64,000 nucleotides of DNA from Raillietiella orientalis (Eukaryota): positions 2,480,001 to 2,544,000 of the forward strand of contig JAYWIR010000026.1 in NCBI GenBank assembly GCA_036172245.1, written 5' to 3'. How positions within the stretch are numbered: position 1 is the first letter of the stretch; every line of letters starts with the position of its first letter. This document shows positions 36,229 through 48,971 of this stretch, in pieces. A program made the position numbers and the translations under genes. The notes beneath the pieces were generated by a model. That model ran no database searches, was not told the DNA's origin, and was given only the letters and a program-made list of their open reading frames with translations.

Positions 36229-39200
36229 TCAGGAAAACGCGCCACATCTCGCCCTGCAGACGCCGTCCGCCTTCAGCTGCTCCAGCGAGTACTGCTGCCT
36301 CAGGGTCTGGCAGTTGGCGATGTTGAGCGCATAGCAGGAAACCTATGGGAGAGGAGGAGGGCGTGAGAGGCCGGGGGTACCTCTCCCGCATCCCCCTCTT
36401 TTACCCCTTTGCTGGAACAGGTGCACCGGGTGCACGGGGACACTTGGACAGATTGCCCGTTCTGGATTTCGTGGTCCCGGATCTTGCAGGTGTCCGAAAG
36501 AGGGACCTCTTCCTTCCAGTGCTGCAAGTTGATGCGCGGCACGTCACCGCAGGAGATGCGGGGGTTACTGAAAGACGAGGCGGCCTTGGGGAGGACCGCG
36601 CGCGACCCGAGAACGGGGGGAGGCAAGGAACTCGTCCCTCCTCTTTCCCATTCCCGCTCCACCCGGAGGAGGAACTCACAGGAACTCGTGGGGCAGGTCG
36701 AAGACCCTCTTCTGGATGAGCGTGGGGACCTCGGCGGACTCGCACAAGATCCTTGACAGGGAGCTCTTGCGGATTTCGGCCAGCTGACCCTTCGAGAATC
36801 GGACGTCGCGGTTGGGGGTCTCGTACCTGGGCGGGAGAAGGGACGGATCAGCCTCCCATCAGGGGGGGGACCTGCGTCGGCGCGCGCTCACCAGAAGCGG
36901 TCGCATCTCTTTAACTGGCGGAACTGCAGGCCAATGATGCATCCGAAGGTGGGGCCGACCAGGCCCCCCTGTAGGGGGGCTTCTAGCATGCCCCCGGTGA
37001 AGAGGTCAATGTCATCGACCGACTCGTAGACGGAAGCCAGCCGGCGGATGTTGGCGTCCGAGATCTCCCCGCTGAGGTCGTCGAACGAACTCGCCTTCCT
37101 CAGCTTGCACAGGCGCCTGAACTCGTTGTAGCTGGGCAGCCCGTGGTCCCTCCCTGAGGGTGGGGGTAGGCGGTGGGGTAGAGGAGGATAAGACGCGTCG
37201 TTGTCGGCGAAACCCGCCCCGCTCTCTTTCCCTCGACTGACTTACCGCGCTGGATGTTGAGGGCTACCAGGTCCAGACCCGAGAGAGGCTTGTCGGTCTT
37301 CTCGAACAGGTGATTCGTCACCTCGCTGGTCACGAACTGGTCCATGTTCTCCATGGGGGTGCTCACGATGCCCCGGATGATCTCGTCAATCATCCTTTGC
37401 TGGAAGAGGAAGCGGACGCGGTTATTCCCCCCTCCCTTCCTTCATCCAGCCGGAAGAGAGCACCTGAAAAAGCTTGTCCGGGTTGTTGAAGCTCCCTCGT
37501 AGCGTCACCGGCGGCTGGAGCAGCTTGAAGATCTCGCTCATGCGGAAGAAGAAGGGCCGGATGAGGCTGTGTCCGAAGCGGAAGGCGGCGCCGCCGAAGG
37601 CGTTGAAGGCGCCGGGCATGCAGGACTCGTCGTACCCTGAACGGCCCGCGGGGCCGCGGGCGGGGTCAGCGACAGCCCTCGAGGTCCTCCTCACCTTCAT
37701 AGTACCCTTCCTGCAAGAGGTCCAGCCCGTAGGTCTGCACGGCGTTCCAGCCCAGCACCCTCGGCAGGAACTCGCTGTAGGAGATGTGCTGCATGACGCT
37801 CCCCACGATCCTGCGCACTTCCTGGTAGATCCTTTCGTCCCCCCAGTGGGGGTTGATCTGGGACATCCGCTTGGCGAGGCTGTTGTGGTACCTAAGGAAC
37901 ATCGTGTGCAGGCAGGCGAGACCAGGCTGCTCGCTTGCTCTGGGATCCCCTGGGAAGAGAAATTCTCTGTCTCCTCCTTCCTCCGGACGCGGGCTGAGGG
38001 GCGGAGAACGACGGGGACGAGCGGGAGGAGTCACCTGCCGAGAAACAGAGCCCTGAGGCCGAGTCACAGTCCTTGATCTTGGTCTTCTGGGGCATCAGCT
38101 CCCTGCTCTTGAAGAGGGGTAGAACGGTGACGTTCAGCTTGCCCCCCAGGAAGGTGCGCAGAGAGTATGCCTCGCAGATCTCCGAGCCGTACACCGCCGA
38201 GCCATCCACCACGGCGGTGTTCTGGTTCATCTGCTCCCGAGGACCTGCGGTTCCCGTATGTCAGGCGTCGGAGAGGACCCAGGTACCCTTCTCCAGCTGC
38301 ACCTCCCCTCCTCCCAGCAGGAGAAGGAGGAGGAGAAGGAGGAGGGAAGGGGTGGATCGAGGCACTCGCGCGCTCACTCACCCAACCTTCTCTGTCCTGG
38401 AAGGGACCTCACGAAGGGGATGCACGAGTCCTCCGGGTTACCACTGACCACGAAGTGGGGGTCGTCCTTAGGGATGGGGATGGGAAGGCATTCAGGATGG
38501 ATGATCGCCTTCGAGTGGCAGTGCTTGCAGTCCAGGAGGATCTCCCGGAACCCTGGAGAGGGGAGAGGATGAAGGGAGGAGCGCCGCGCGAGTGCTCTTC
38601 TTCCCGCCCATCCCTCCCCGTTGGTTACCAAAGTTCACCGGAGTGAGCGTGACGTCGTGGTCTAGGAACTGGCCGAACTGCATCATCATCAGCGAGTATC
38701 TCTTGTGGGAGCTGCTGACGTCCTCGTGGAAGCTCGTGGAGATGAGACGGGGGCTGGGCAGCGGGTTGCCTGCCGCGGACTTGGACCGTGGGTAGCTGAG
38801 TCCTGGAGAACACCGGAGGAAGAAAAGGGGAGGGGAACGAGGGGTGAGGCCTGTCCCCTCCGCGGGCAGCGGCGGAGGGGTGGCGAGCTGCGCTCCCTAC
38901 CGTCCTCGTATTTCGGCGGCAGGAGCCTGAGGAACGGTTCCAGCGCTGCTCCCGCATCTGCGTACCGCAGGTTGTTGCAGCGCCCGCTGTAGCTGCGAAA
39001 GGGCGTGTAGGGGTCGCAGGGCTGGTTGTCCTCGGTGAGCCCGCACTGGGGGATGCGGGGCAGGTTCAGCGTGAAGAAGTCAGACAGCGGCTTGGAGGGC
39101 TTCCGGTCCAGCGATCCGAGGTTCAGCAGCTCCTCGTCCAAGCTCAACTGCCTCCTGGACCTCCTCTTCTCGCTGTCGATCCCATTCTCTGAAGGCCACG

Positions 39201-41860
39201 AAGCATACCTCCCGACTAGAACTTACACGGAGAAGCGCTCTAGGATCTCCTTAGAGGCGTATTCCAAGAGGAGGGACGTATTCGCGAGCTCCATGGCGCC
39301 GAGGGACGGGCGGTGCAGGGAGTGGGACGTGAACTGGCTCGTCCCCTTCTCCGCGACGCTGTCTTCAGCACGGGAAGAAGAGAAACAAGTTTCGGATTGG
39401 CCGACAGGACGAGCCCTTCCCTTCCCCCTTTCCTCTTCTTCCTCCTCCTCCCTCACCCCTTCCCGCAACACGCCGCCGCCGACGTACTTTTCCTCAAGAG
39501 GGATATCTCCAGGCGGGTCCTGGCATCCAGCATCATCCGAGCGTTCCCGATAGCTGTGCTGATGACTTCCTTTGACACGTCGAACAGTGGTCCCCCTAGA
39601 TTTTTCCAATCTTCGACGAGGATCCTGGGCTTCGATGGGCACGGGATGGGAGTATTCAGGTACTCGTCTGGAACCAGGAAGGGGCTTGGCTGGATGGCGC
39701 CCACCTCTCCGTCCGAATTCTCGCAGACAAGGCTCGCTACGGTCATCTGCTTCAGGGCCTCCAGCTGGTCTGGAACAATGAGGAAATGACCGCCTCCGGG
39801 AAGATGGGGGTCCTGCCCTCTCTCGCTCACCTTCAGAGAACTCGCCGTCGTTCTCGTACCAGTGCCTGTCGCCTTGCCTCCAGAGCTCCAGCTGCCTTCC
39901 CAGGATGCAGCGGAAGGTGGGTCCCAGGAGCGCGCCATCTTCGTTCTTCTCGACCAGGCCTCCGAGGAACAGGCCGAGGTCGTAGAAGTTCCTAAAGGAA
40001 GGAAGGAGAGAACGAAGGGGAAGCGAATGAGCAAGCGGCGGCGTGCACGCGGACCTACGGGAAAGAGGATTCCAAGAATTCCGTGGGCGCCTTGGAGATC
40101 CGGCGAAGGCGATCGTAGCCACTCACTTCCGACAGGTTGCAGAACCTGCGCCACTTCCAGTAGGGGGCAATTCCGAGGTCGGCCTCATCCTCCAGGATGC
40201 CCAGCACGATTTTCGCCTTCTCTGTGAGGCGCGCGGGGCGGGAAGACAAGTGTGGGAGGAAAGGACGTGCGCGTTACCAGGAGGAACGCAGTGCAGGTTC
40301 CTCACCTGTCGCGCTGGTCGCCGAACTGGAAGCCTTGCGGATGGACGCGGAGGCAGCGGCGTCCAGAGACGACGGCGGCGCCAGGTATTCAAAGATGCTG
40401 AGCACCGACGTGACAACGCTGATGGACGTGGCGGGCGACGCGGAGGCGTCGTATCCCTCAACCGCAGTGGCGACGTCTTCTGCGTCGACGTCTTTGCCCT
40501 CGGGGCGCCTCGTCTTGGAAAAGAGACAAAAGTACCGAGCGACACTGAAGGGTGGACGGGTCCTCACCTGGCTGAACAGCAGGGGGACGAAGCTGCGGGA
40601 GGTGATGTGCTGCAGCATGGCGACCAGGATCTTGCGCGCCTCCTGGAACAGTGCATCCTCGTCCCAGGTGGGGTTCGCCTCCTGCAGGGACTCGGCCAGG
40701 GAGTTGTGCTCGCGCGCAAGAAGCGAAGCGACGAGGTCACCGGCTGCACCCGGGTCCCGCACTTTTCCTCCTCCTCCCACCACTCGCGAAGCGGCTGCGC
40801 TGGAGCCGTAGACGGGAGATGCATCCAGGAACGAGGTTGCGCCGTTCACCGGCTCCTCGGAGAAACCAGCGGAGCCGCCTGCGGTTCATTATGGACCAGT
40901 CCGTCCTCCCCCCGCCCTTCATCCGTTACCTGGGCGATGCTCCGAACAAGGCTCGAGAGCGCTTTGCGGCGGCACGCTGGCTACATCTAAGGAGGAGACG
41001 AAGCGGCGTAAGTGCCCGGGACGCAGTCGCGGGATGAAAGGGAAAGGGAGCAGAAATGGACCGACACCCTCTCCCGCCATCTCTACTTCCTCTTCCTCAC
41101 ACTCGAGACTCTCCGGAGGGGAAGGGGAGGGGGAAAGCGAAAGCTCACCCGGATGCCTGACGATGGACCCGACGTCCCTCTTTAGGAAGCGGCCCCACAG
41201 GACTGTGAGAGGGGTGGCGTACTCCAAGAATGGGGCCATGCAGGTGTCGACGAACTCGACCAAAGATGCCCTCCACTGTAAGTCCCGCCGGTGAGGTGCC
41301 CACGACCCTGAAACAAACGCAGAGGGTCGGGAGCGGATGGGCGGAGCGGCGACCCCTGAAGAGGCTGCCGCGGCAGCGGCAAGGTGGTGAGGCTTGGGGA
41401 GGTGGGTGAGTGCTGCACACCTCCTTCTCCTCCTTCCCTTCCTGAGCCTGACTCACCACGGTGCCCTGGCTCCAAGAAGCGTCGGAAAGGGGTCCGCGCT
41501 GCTCCCCAATCTGGGTGGTCCAGGTTGTTGCACCTCCCGTCCAATGTGCGGTGGCTGGAAGGGAGGCAGCGAACGGACGAGTTGTTCGGGATGATGCAGG
41601 AATCCTGGAGAGGATGTTGAGGCTTGCTGTGTAACCTTGAAGTGCGTGAGATGGAGCCCGCTCCCCTCCTGCAGCCCCGGGCGGGCCTCCTTGGCATACC
41701 CTTCGGGGATTCCCTGGTCGCTGGAAGTCGCCTTCCGGGTGGCAGACACTACCGAAGGAAAAGGGAACGTTCCTTCTGTCCCGAGACGCGCCGACCAGAG
41801 GAACAGACAGAAGAGCAGCAGCATCTCCGCGGCGGAGGGCTTCAGCCCAGGAGACAGCAT
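36229..41860 (-). CDS. Secreted double-domain animal heme peroxidase (DBLOX / Drosophila CG10211-like)
   Basis: Multi-exon gene with short GT-AG introns. Signal-peptide-like start (MLSPG...[21 protein letters not shown] at 41860 or 41824). Domain 1 ([50 protein letters not shown]...GDRHWYEN) is degenerate at catalytic sites. Domain 2 is canonical ([79 protein letters not shown]...CDRFWYE). The Cys-rich tail reads SPCTRCTC...CYALNIANC...DGVCRARC, with the stop at 36231-36229. Confidence 0.93.
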
Positions 41861-44800
41861 CCTCCTCCTGGAGAGCGCCGAGCTTCCTGGAAGGGGAGAA
41901 GATCAGGAAGCAGAGCCTAGCAGCTCTTCTCCTCGTCAGCGCGGGTGGAGTGGTCGGGATGGCTCCAGTGGCTGCCAGAGCGGGAAGGACGTTCCTGAGG
42001 TATGGCACACTGGTCGGACTCCCGCCAGCGGGCAGAGCGACGGCAGTTTCGTTTCGCGCGAGGGCAGGACCGCCGCCAGCCCGCCCAAGGAGCGGCGCCT
42101 CTTCCGAACTCGCCAGATCTGTGCAGACCGGCGATCGGAGAAGTCCTCCGACGGGAAGGGTACCATGGACCTCTTTTGTGAGCAGCACCACGGCGTTGCC
42201 TCCCCCCCCTTCCTCAGCTCTCTTAGCGACTGGCATCGTCTGGTCTGGCGTTGTCTTGACGAGGGGTGCCGACGTCTCGTCACGAGGCATCCGCCGAGGG
42301 AACGTGAGCGAATCAGTCCCAGGTCCGAGGTCCACGGTCCGCAAACTGGACATCCCCATCCGCCTCCCTAAAAATCCTCCCGGCTGCCGTGGAAACCGGC
42401 ATTTCCTCTCCGTGATGCCTCGCTTGCCCCGTTAACGGTCGCATATCCAGTAGCTTGGGGCCCCTTGCTGATACCTGGAGTGGGGAGGGAAAAGAAGCCC
42501 TTCCTCCTCCTTCCGGAATCTTCCGCGTAACGTTGGGGGGAAGCGCGCTCTGGCAGTCTGGAGGGAACGCCGGCGCTCACCAAATAGAGGCGGGACAAAG
42601 CAGGAACCACACAGCTCGGGAGGATGCGCAAAGCAAAAGGGCAAAGTGCAAGCGCTGCAGTTTGGTCTCACGAGGAGGTCAAGCTTCCGTGGAAACACTT
42701 GCACTTGGTCATGCGCTCAGGCTGGGACGGAAGGATCAACGCTACAGAGTTTAGTCTCACAGGAGAGCAACGGGAAAGGGGACCCAACTGCACAGGGACA
42801 ACAAAATGTGCTCACCTGGAAACCGGATCGGAAAGCTTGTGGCAGCCGCCTGGACGCCTAGGGACGGCTTCGTGGGCGCACAAAAATATATCCTCAAACG
42901 ATGCTTCTCGTCTGATCTGGGCGCATTAAACAAATGATAAAAATTCGAATCCTTTCGAAACAACGATGAGTGTGCACTTTTCAGCTCGCGTTCTGAGTTC
43001 TTGAATGTCGACTTTCACTTTTGTCTCTGCAGATCCATATATGTTACTATCAAATAATTGGTGTTTTTTTTTTTTTTTTTCATACCTGAGTCTCTTGAGA
43101 CCTTCAAACTATCCCTTAGGTACTCGGCAAGATTTTTTTCCAATTGATGTGCACGCATAATTTGTAGGCAGCCAGTTTCTCGGCGAGGAACGTCCGCAAG
43201 ACGAGCTGAGTTTTATTTTTTTTTTTTTTTTCTTTTTCCGCTCTCGGTAAGCGAAGAAGCGGAGCTCGTTTCCTGCATTCTGAGGTGAAAATCGTACAGT
43301 AAGATGAATTCAGTCGAACATATCTTGGTGTCGGCGGAGGAAAAATTACTGGAATAAGCAGGAGAGATTTTCGGGTTCGACAGTACCGAAAAACGCGATG
43401 AGGCACTGCATGTGCTACCGGAAACGGATTCTGCTTCGTGGAGAAACCACTTCATTGTTGCGCAGCGCTTCCGTGGGGAGTTTCCTCTGCGCCTACAGAT
43501 TGCGATACTGACCTCTGCAACACCTCCCGATCACACACGTGTTTTTGCAGGTGTGTTTTCTTTGTGTGTATGTGTGTGTTTTCGTGTTCATATCAAGTGC
43601 TTCCGTCGTACAGTGCTGAGCTGTTTTGTTTCCCGTGTCGCTTGTGTCTCGACAGTTTCATAGCGGATCGGAAACTGTTGAAAGATCATCAGAAAGGGAT
43701 CCTTCCAGGCAGAGACCTGTATAAAATTAAATTTCGTGACCATGGAAAGTTTGCATAATTCACGAGATGAATCGTCTTCTATTGGAGTGTCCGAGTGAAG
43801 TAGAAGAAGAAAAAAAATTAATTGCACAAGATGGAATTATTTTCACCTTCTTAGGCAGTAGAAATTATGTGTTGCTTAACAGACGGAGCAGTTTCGCAGA
43901 CAAGAAATTGCAGTTCATCTGATCATTTTTCGAGTGTGATGCAAATACGAGGCGAAATACAAATCGGGCTTCGAAATATACCGATCAGCCAGTTTCGGTG
44001 ATTCGTTGATGGGAATTGCTTCCAATGAAGCCCGTTTTCGGACGTCATGCATCGTTGATTGGACTCCTGGCTTCCTAGCAACCGTGCAGGTTCTGTATTG
44101 TACTCGATTCACGCTTCCACGATGGTTTGATCCCCCTAACCTGTCCTTTAATCCTTTTGGAGTGACGGACTTTTCGATTTTCTCCTGCCTTATTACATGC
44201 GTGAAAGCTGCCTTATTAGAAGCGATTTGAGACGCAAAAGATAGCGTGGTTCGAGTGCCGAGGAACCTTCAGGAAACGCTCTTCCCCTTGGCTTCTTGCA
44301 CAAACGTAAGAGTCGGTAAGCAGGACATCGGCTCGTACGTGAGCAATCCTTCCTTATCGGACTCCCTATTTGGCTCTCGGTAAAGTAGAAAGTTTGCACA
44401 TTGAATGACAGCAAGCAAAGTTTGCGGTTTCCTGGTCCATCCCGCTTGTGTAGAGAAACGCCACTGAAACGGCCGGGGCAGCTTGAAGATCACTTGTCCG
44501 ACGGCATAGTTGGGTCAACCTGTTGCAGCAGTTTTAACTCACTGGAGCCCGCAGTCCCATCCTGGATTTCCTCATGCGAAGGCACGCATACGAATGTGAG
44601 CAGTCACGTGGTGCACTTTTCAGTAACACATAACGTGCACGGGAATCCTCGGGAAGCGAGGAACCACGAGGGCACGATACCCCTAGCAGACACGCAGGGG
44701 AAAACGAATCGTTTCCTATCTCGTCAAAGGTACGCAAGTCGGATGATTGTACTTGAACTTGGAAATGAAGGAAGCCAGGAAAGAAGAAAGTGCCGCCTCA

Positions 44801-45636
44801 GACTCGTTGACAGCATGCGTGAGAGGGTTCCTTCGTCCTTTTGCGGTCTCATTGGATTTCGGATGGTTGTATTTGGGAATTTGGTTTGGTACGTCGGAAA
44901 CCAGGTGTGGGTGGGTTCGTTCAGTGGGCTACGTCGGCAGAAGAGTTCTTCGGGAACGTGGGTTTCGGAGACGATGTGGTAATTCCTCGTTCTGCCTCCT
45001 GGAACTCTTGGAGTTCATCGCTGGGGGCAGCTTTGGTGTTCTAGGAAAAACGAGAAATTCCCGATGAGACAAAACGGGTTATGAATTCCTCCAAATTAAA
45101 AACATGCATTCATTTCCCCCCCCCTTTTCTTCATTAACAAAAAAGGAAAACAAAAAAAAGGCATCCGTGGACTTATCGAGGTAGTGGAAAGCTGGTGACG
45201 GAATCGGTAGAATTCAGTGGAATGTGTCCCCCCCCTCAATGTCACGTTTTAAACAAGTTGGTCATAATCCAATCAAATTGAAGGTCAGCAACAAATGTAT
45301 CGGTGTCAGCAGAGCTCGAACCGAAAGTTTCGCGGATGTTCGTTACATCATACAGCTGCTAATCCGTCTCTTCGCTAGCGCGTGGAGCCGTTTGTATTCC
45401 TTGCGCGGTGGGCAGAAAACATTCGTCGTCTGCGGTCGCAGAATGGCAAATTTGCATCCGTGACCACTCAGAGAGAGGCTGCGAGTCGCTTTGCTGGGCA
45501 GCCGAAGCAGGGAACAACAACGGGCCGAAACTCGAGCTTGGGAGCTCAGGGATACTTCAACCAGAAGTCCCACCTGTCGCTCTACGCTTGGCCATCTTCC
45601 AGATTCGCTTGGGACGTTCTGCAAAAAGCAAACAGG

Positions 45637-45778
45637 TGTTTTGAAAAGCTCTACAGTCACATCTTGTGAGGCTTTGAGCGCAGAGAAAATACAGTCACAA
45701 GATGCGACTGTAGAGCTTTTCAAAACATCATCGGCTGAGCACGTATTGGCTCACAAGATGTGAGCTCAGCCGATGATG
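45637..45778. repeat. Two abutting inverted repeats (33-bp and 15-bp stems)
   Basis: 45637-45669 pairs with 45695-45727 (32 of 33 complementary, 25-nt loop). 45726-45740 pairs perfectly with 45764-45778. Confidence 0.92.
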
Positions 45779-48241
45779 CTTGCTGATCAAGTAACGCGTG
45801 ATTGCACCTGAAAGAACTGGTACGCCCGGCAAAGAGATCGAAATCACTAGGCAGAAAGCAGAGAAGAGACGAGCTCACGTGCAAGAAGCGGTGCGCGCCG
45901 CGAAAGCACGGTTGCGGGAGGAAGAGGCAGCTGCGCTCCAAAGACCTTTTGCCATGGGAATAGGGCGAACTCCTTGAACGGACTCGTCGCCTCAACGAGG
46001 AACCCCAGTCTTTTACGGATGGCAGCGGCGCAGGCCGTTGGTTGGCCCACGCCGGTTCCCAGAACGCGCCGGAGGAACTGGGAGGAGGTTTCTCCTGGAC
46101 TCGTGGGGAAGACGGATGCCGCCGAGTTTCGCTTCTTAGCCGCTGGTACGACGACTTCGTTCGGGTCGTGGACTCCGCGTGCAGAGGTGCAGGAGGCCAA
46201 GTCTGCGAATGCGGGACGGCGGCGGACATGGAAGGAGCTACCATCCCCTCTTCCCTCCGACCATCTGCAGCATTTTCTATACGCTCGAAGCCTCAGTTTG
46301 CTAAGGTCGGAAATCCTCCCGAAGAAGGAAACTTCCGTTCAGAGATTGCGGAGGAGGAAGACGGGGAACGCATTTCAGTTTGAAGCTGACCATGGGACCA
46401 ACAGCATGCACAGCGGACTCCGTCTCGCTGGCGTGCCAACTGCATAGCTAAAATGAGGGCTTCGAGCTCGCAAACTTCTCCGCATCGGGGTGAGAACATT
46501 CCAGCAAGCTGGGCACGAAATGGCTCCATGGGTGGGCACGACAGAAGAAGCGATTCTTCAGAATTTTTCCTGAATGGAGCTTAGGAATGGGCTTCGACTG
46601 TTCTTGTTGTCACCGTGGAAGGACAGTTGACCTGCTCTTCCACGTTGAAAACTCGACTCTCACGGTTCTGCATCCGATTCCGTGAAGGATCCAGACTGTG
46701 CTCCGGAGCGCTGATCTTTTGCAACATTCTGCTCACTCAGGCTCACGTTTGGTTGCCAACCCCCCCAGGTTCAGGTGTCACTCGCTTATGTCACGAAATG
46801 ACCCGAAAGTGCCACGGCACGCGTGACCCAAAAAAAAACAAAAAAGGGGTGGTTGTGTGTTCGCCGATTGGTACACCGATCCATGGCTAGTTCCAGAAAT
46901 CCTCAGATGCCTTTTCGGTACGGAACTTCCTTTTTTTCCTCCAAAGACGTACCAAAGCAAACATGAAAACAACGGGAGGAAGAACATTATGCAATGCGGA
47001 AGATGCCCGTAGAAATTCTTAAACGACCTCACTTTTAATCTAATCGCTGGCAACCTGACGCAGCTTCATTGCTTTCACGAGCACAAATACCCTCGAGCAA
47101 TAATTCGTATAACGAAAAAAAAAAAGGGGGGAAGGGGGGAGGAAGTTAAACGACACTAATCAGCAGTTCCTTTTAAGCGTTCCAGCGCAAGCACACTTTT
47201 TTGCATTGGACTAAGAGCAAACCAATGCAATTGTGACCGCACATTTTCCATCCCTCGTGATTTTAACGCATGTGATTGCTCAATGGATGCCACGTAGCTC
47301 AGCGTTGCAAATAGCCGCATTTTTCGGTTCCGATTACGGTCACTGCAATCAACGATGCCAATCGGAATGCCCACTCTATTAACACGGGCACTGTCGGGAT
47401 GCATTTGCATGCACACGAGCACACACGTGCAGCACGCACACGCGCGCGCGGGCATTGCAAAGCAATGCGTTAGGGGGAACACGACGGAGCGCTACGCGGT
47501 GCACGGTGCTCACCACCCACAGCAGGAGGAGGATTGCGGTGCGCTTGCGCCCCGAGACCACAGCGACATGCTTTCCGCACAGGCGCCGTCCGCGAACGAT
47601 GCCGCCCGCTCACAGGGGTGCTGCAGGGGAGGGGAGGCCGAGACCCACGCGACTAACTCCCTTGCAGGCTTATGCGACTGTGTTGACTGTTAGCGCTCGC
47701 GTTGGAATGACGTCCACAGGTTGCGTACACTGCGAGATCAAATGATCATCGCTTTGCTCCTCCTGGCCCATTGCGACCGAACACGTTTGCCAACGTTCCC
47801 CATTCCATCCTCCCATTTTCTTGATCTCACCGTAGGCACCCTTGTGAAACTTGAAAGAACTTGCTCCGTTCCTTCCCTTCTCTGCCGATGTCGCTGGGTA
47901 ACGCTCAACTCCGAAAATGCTTTCCGAAGAAAGAAGAGAGCGTCCGAAAGAAAAGAGAAATGAGCCGATCCTGGGTCTCTCCGATCCGTATGCTCCCAGT
48001 CTCCTAACAAAGTTAAGGTGAAAGCATTCTTTGCATAGCATCGAGGACTACTTGCTGAATGATGGCTCCTGCATTTACATACGTGTGCTCATGAGTGGTG
48101 CACCCCGCAACTCTCCAGCTCTCACGTGCGAACAAGTGGTGCACATGCGCTTACCCGTCAGGTGTACTGCATCATTTTCACTCGCAAATTCGCACGAACG
48201 GTACCGAAAGCAAGATAGGGGAAGACTCTTCGCAGAAAAGG

Positions 48242-48280
48242 AGCCACAGTGGGAAACAGCGCGGTCTTCCCACTGTGGCT
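48242..48280. repeat. Perfect 14-bp inverted repeat with an 11-nt loop
   Basis: agccacagtgggaa-acagcgcggtc-ttcccactgtggct. Confidence 0.85.
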
Positions 48281-48888
48281 GTCATCCCTCTCTACTTACT
48301 CTTGCCATCCCTTTCTGTGGTACTGAGGAGTACCAGAGTTCCAGAAAAGGGCAAAGGGATGTTTATCGCCACTGGCCCATGAGGGATACACCCATACCGG
48401 GAGTGGTGCTTAACAAGATTCTTCTGCAAGCAAGGAAGAGAATGTCTCCAACTTCCAGTCTTCGGATGCCCCCTCCCCCCCGCGCAGCGGCTTTGTCACC
48501 TTGCCCCCGGGGAAACGTGGACAAGGTGACAAGCTGCGCATGCAGATTTTGGACATCCTGGGAATACGATAGCAGGAGAGGAGAGGAAGGAGTTGAAACT
48601 CGTTTGGACGCCCTGCTTCCTTCCCTTTAAGGATCGGCTGGCAACTCAGTAGTTTGCTCAGCTGCACCGATCTAGGAGCAAACTGCTCCGTTTTTCCTTG
48701 CCTTTCTTTGGCTGTGCTCACACCGAGAGTCCAACAGCGAGCAACTCCTTCCGCTCGCCCCACGGCTCCCTCCTTTCCCGGAGCCACCCACCCGCACAAG
48801 GGGAGAAACGAATAGGAATGTTCCCTCTTCCGGGAGAACATTCCCGTCTTCCCACTTAGTCTCAGCCCGTGCCCCGGTGCGGGGAGCG

Positions 48889-48971
48889 CCTGACCTGGAC
48901 TCACTGACCGGTTGTTCTCATCCGGTTTCGCCCCTGACCTGGACTCACTGACCGGTTGTTCTCATCCGGTT
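48889..48971 (+). repeat. Tandem duplication, period 44 bp, two copies
   Basis: cctgacctggactcactgaccggttgttctcatccggtt occurs at 48889 and 48933. Confidence 0.9.

Noticed and set aside
41145..42359. 404-aa minus-strand ORF as the N-terminus of the peroxidase
   Set aside because: Wrong frame. The signal-peptide frame starting at 41860/41824 joins the next exon with the correct phase, and this ORF reads through introns.
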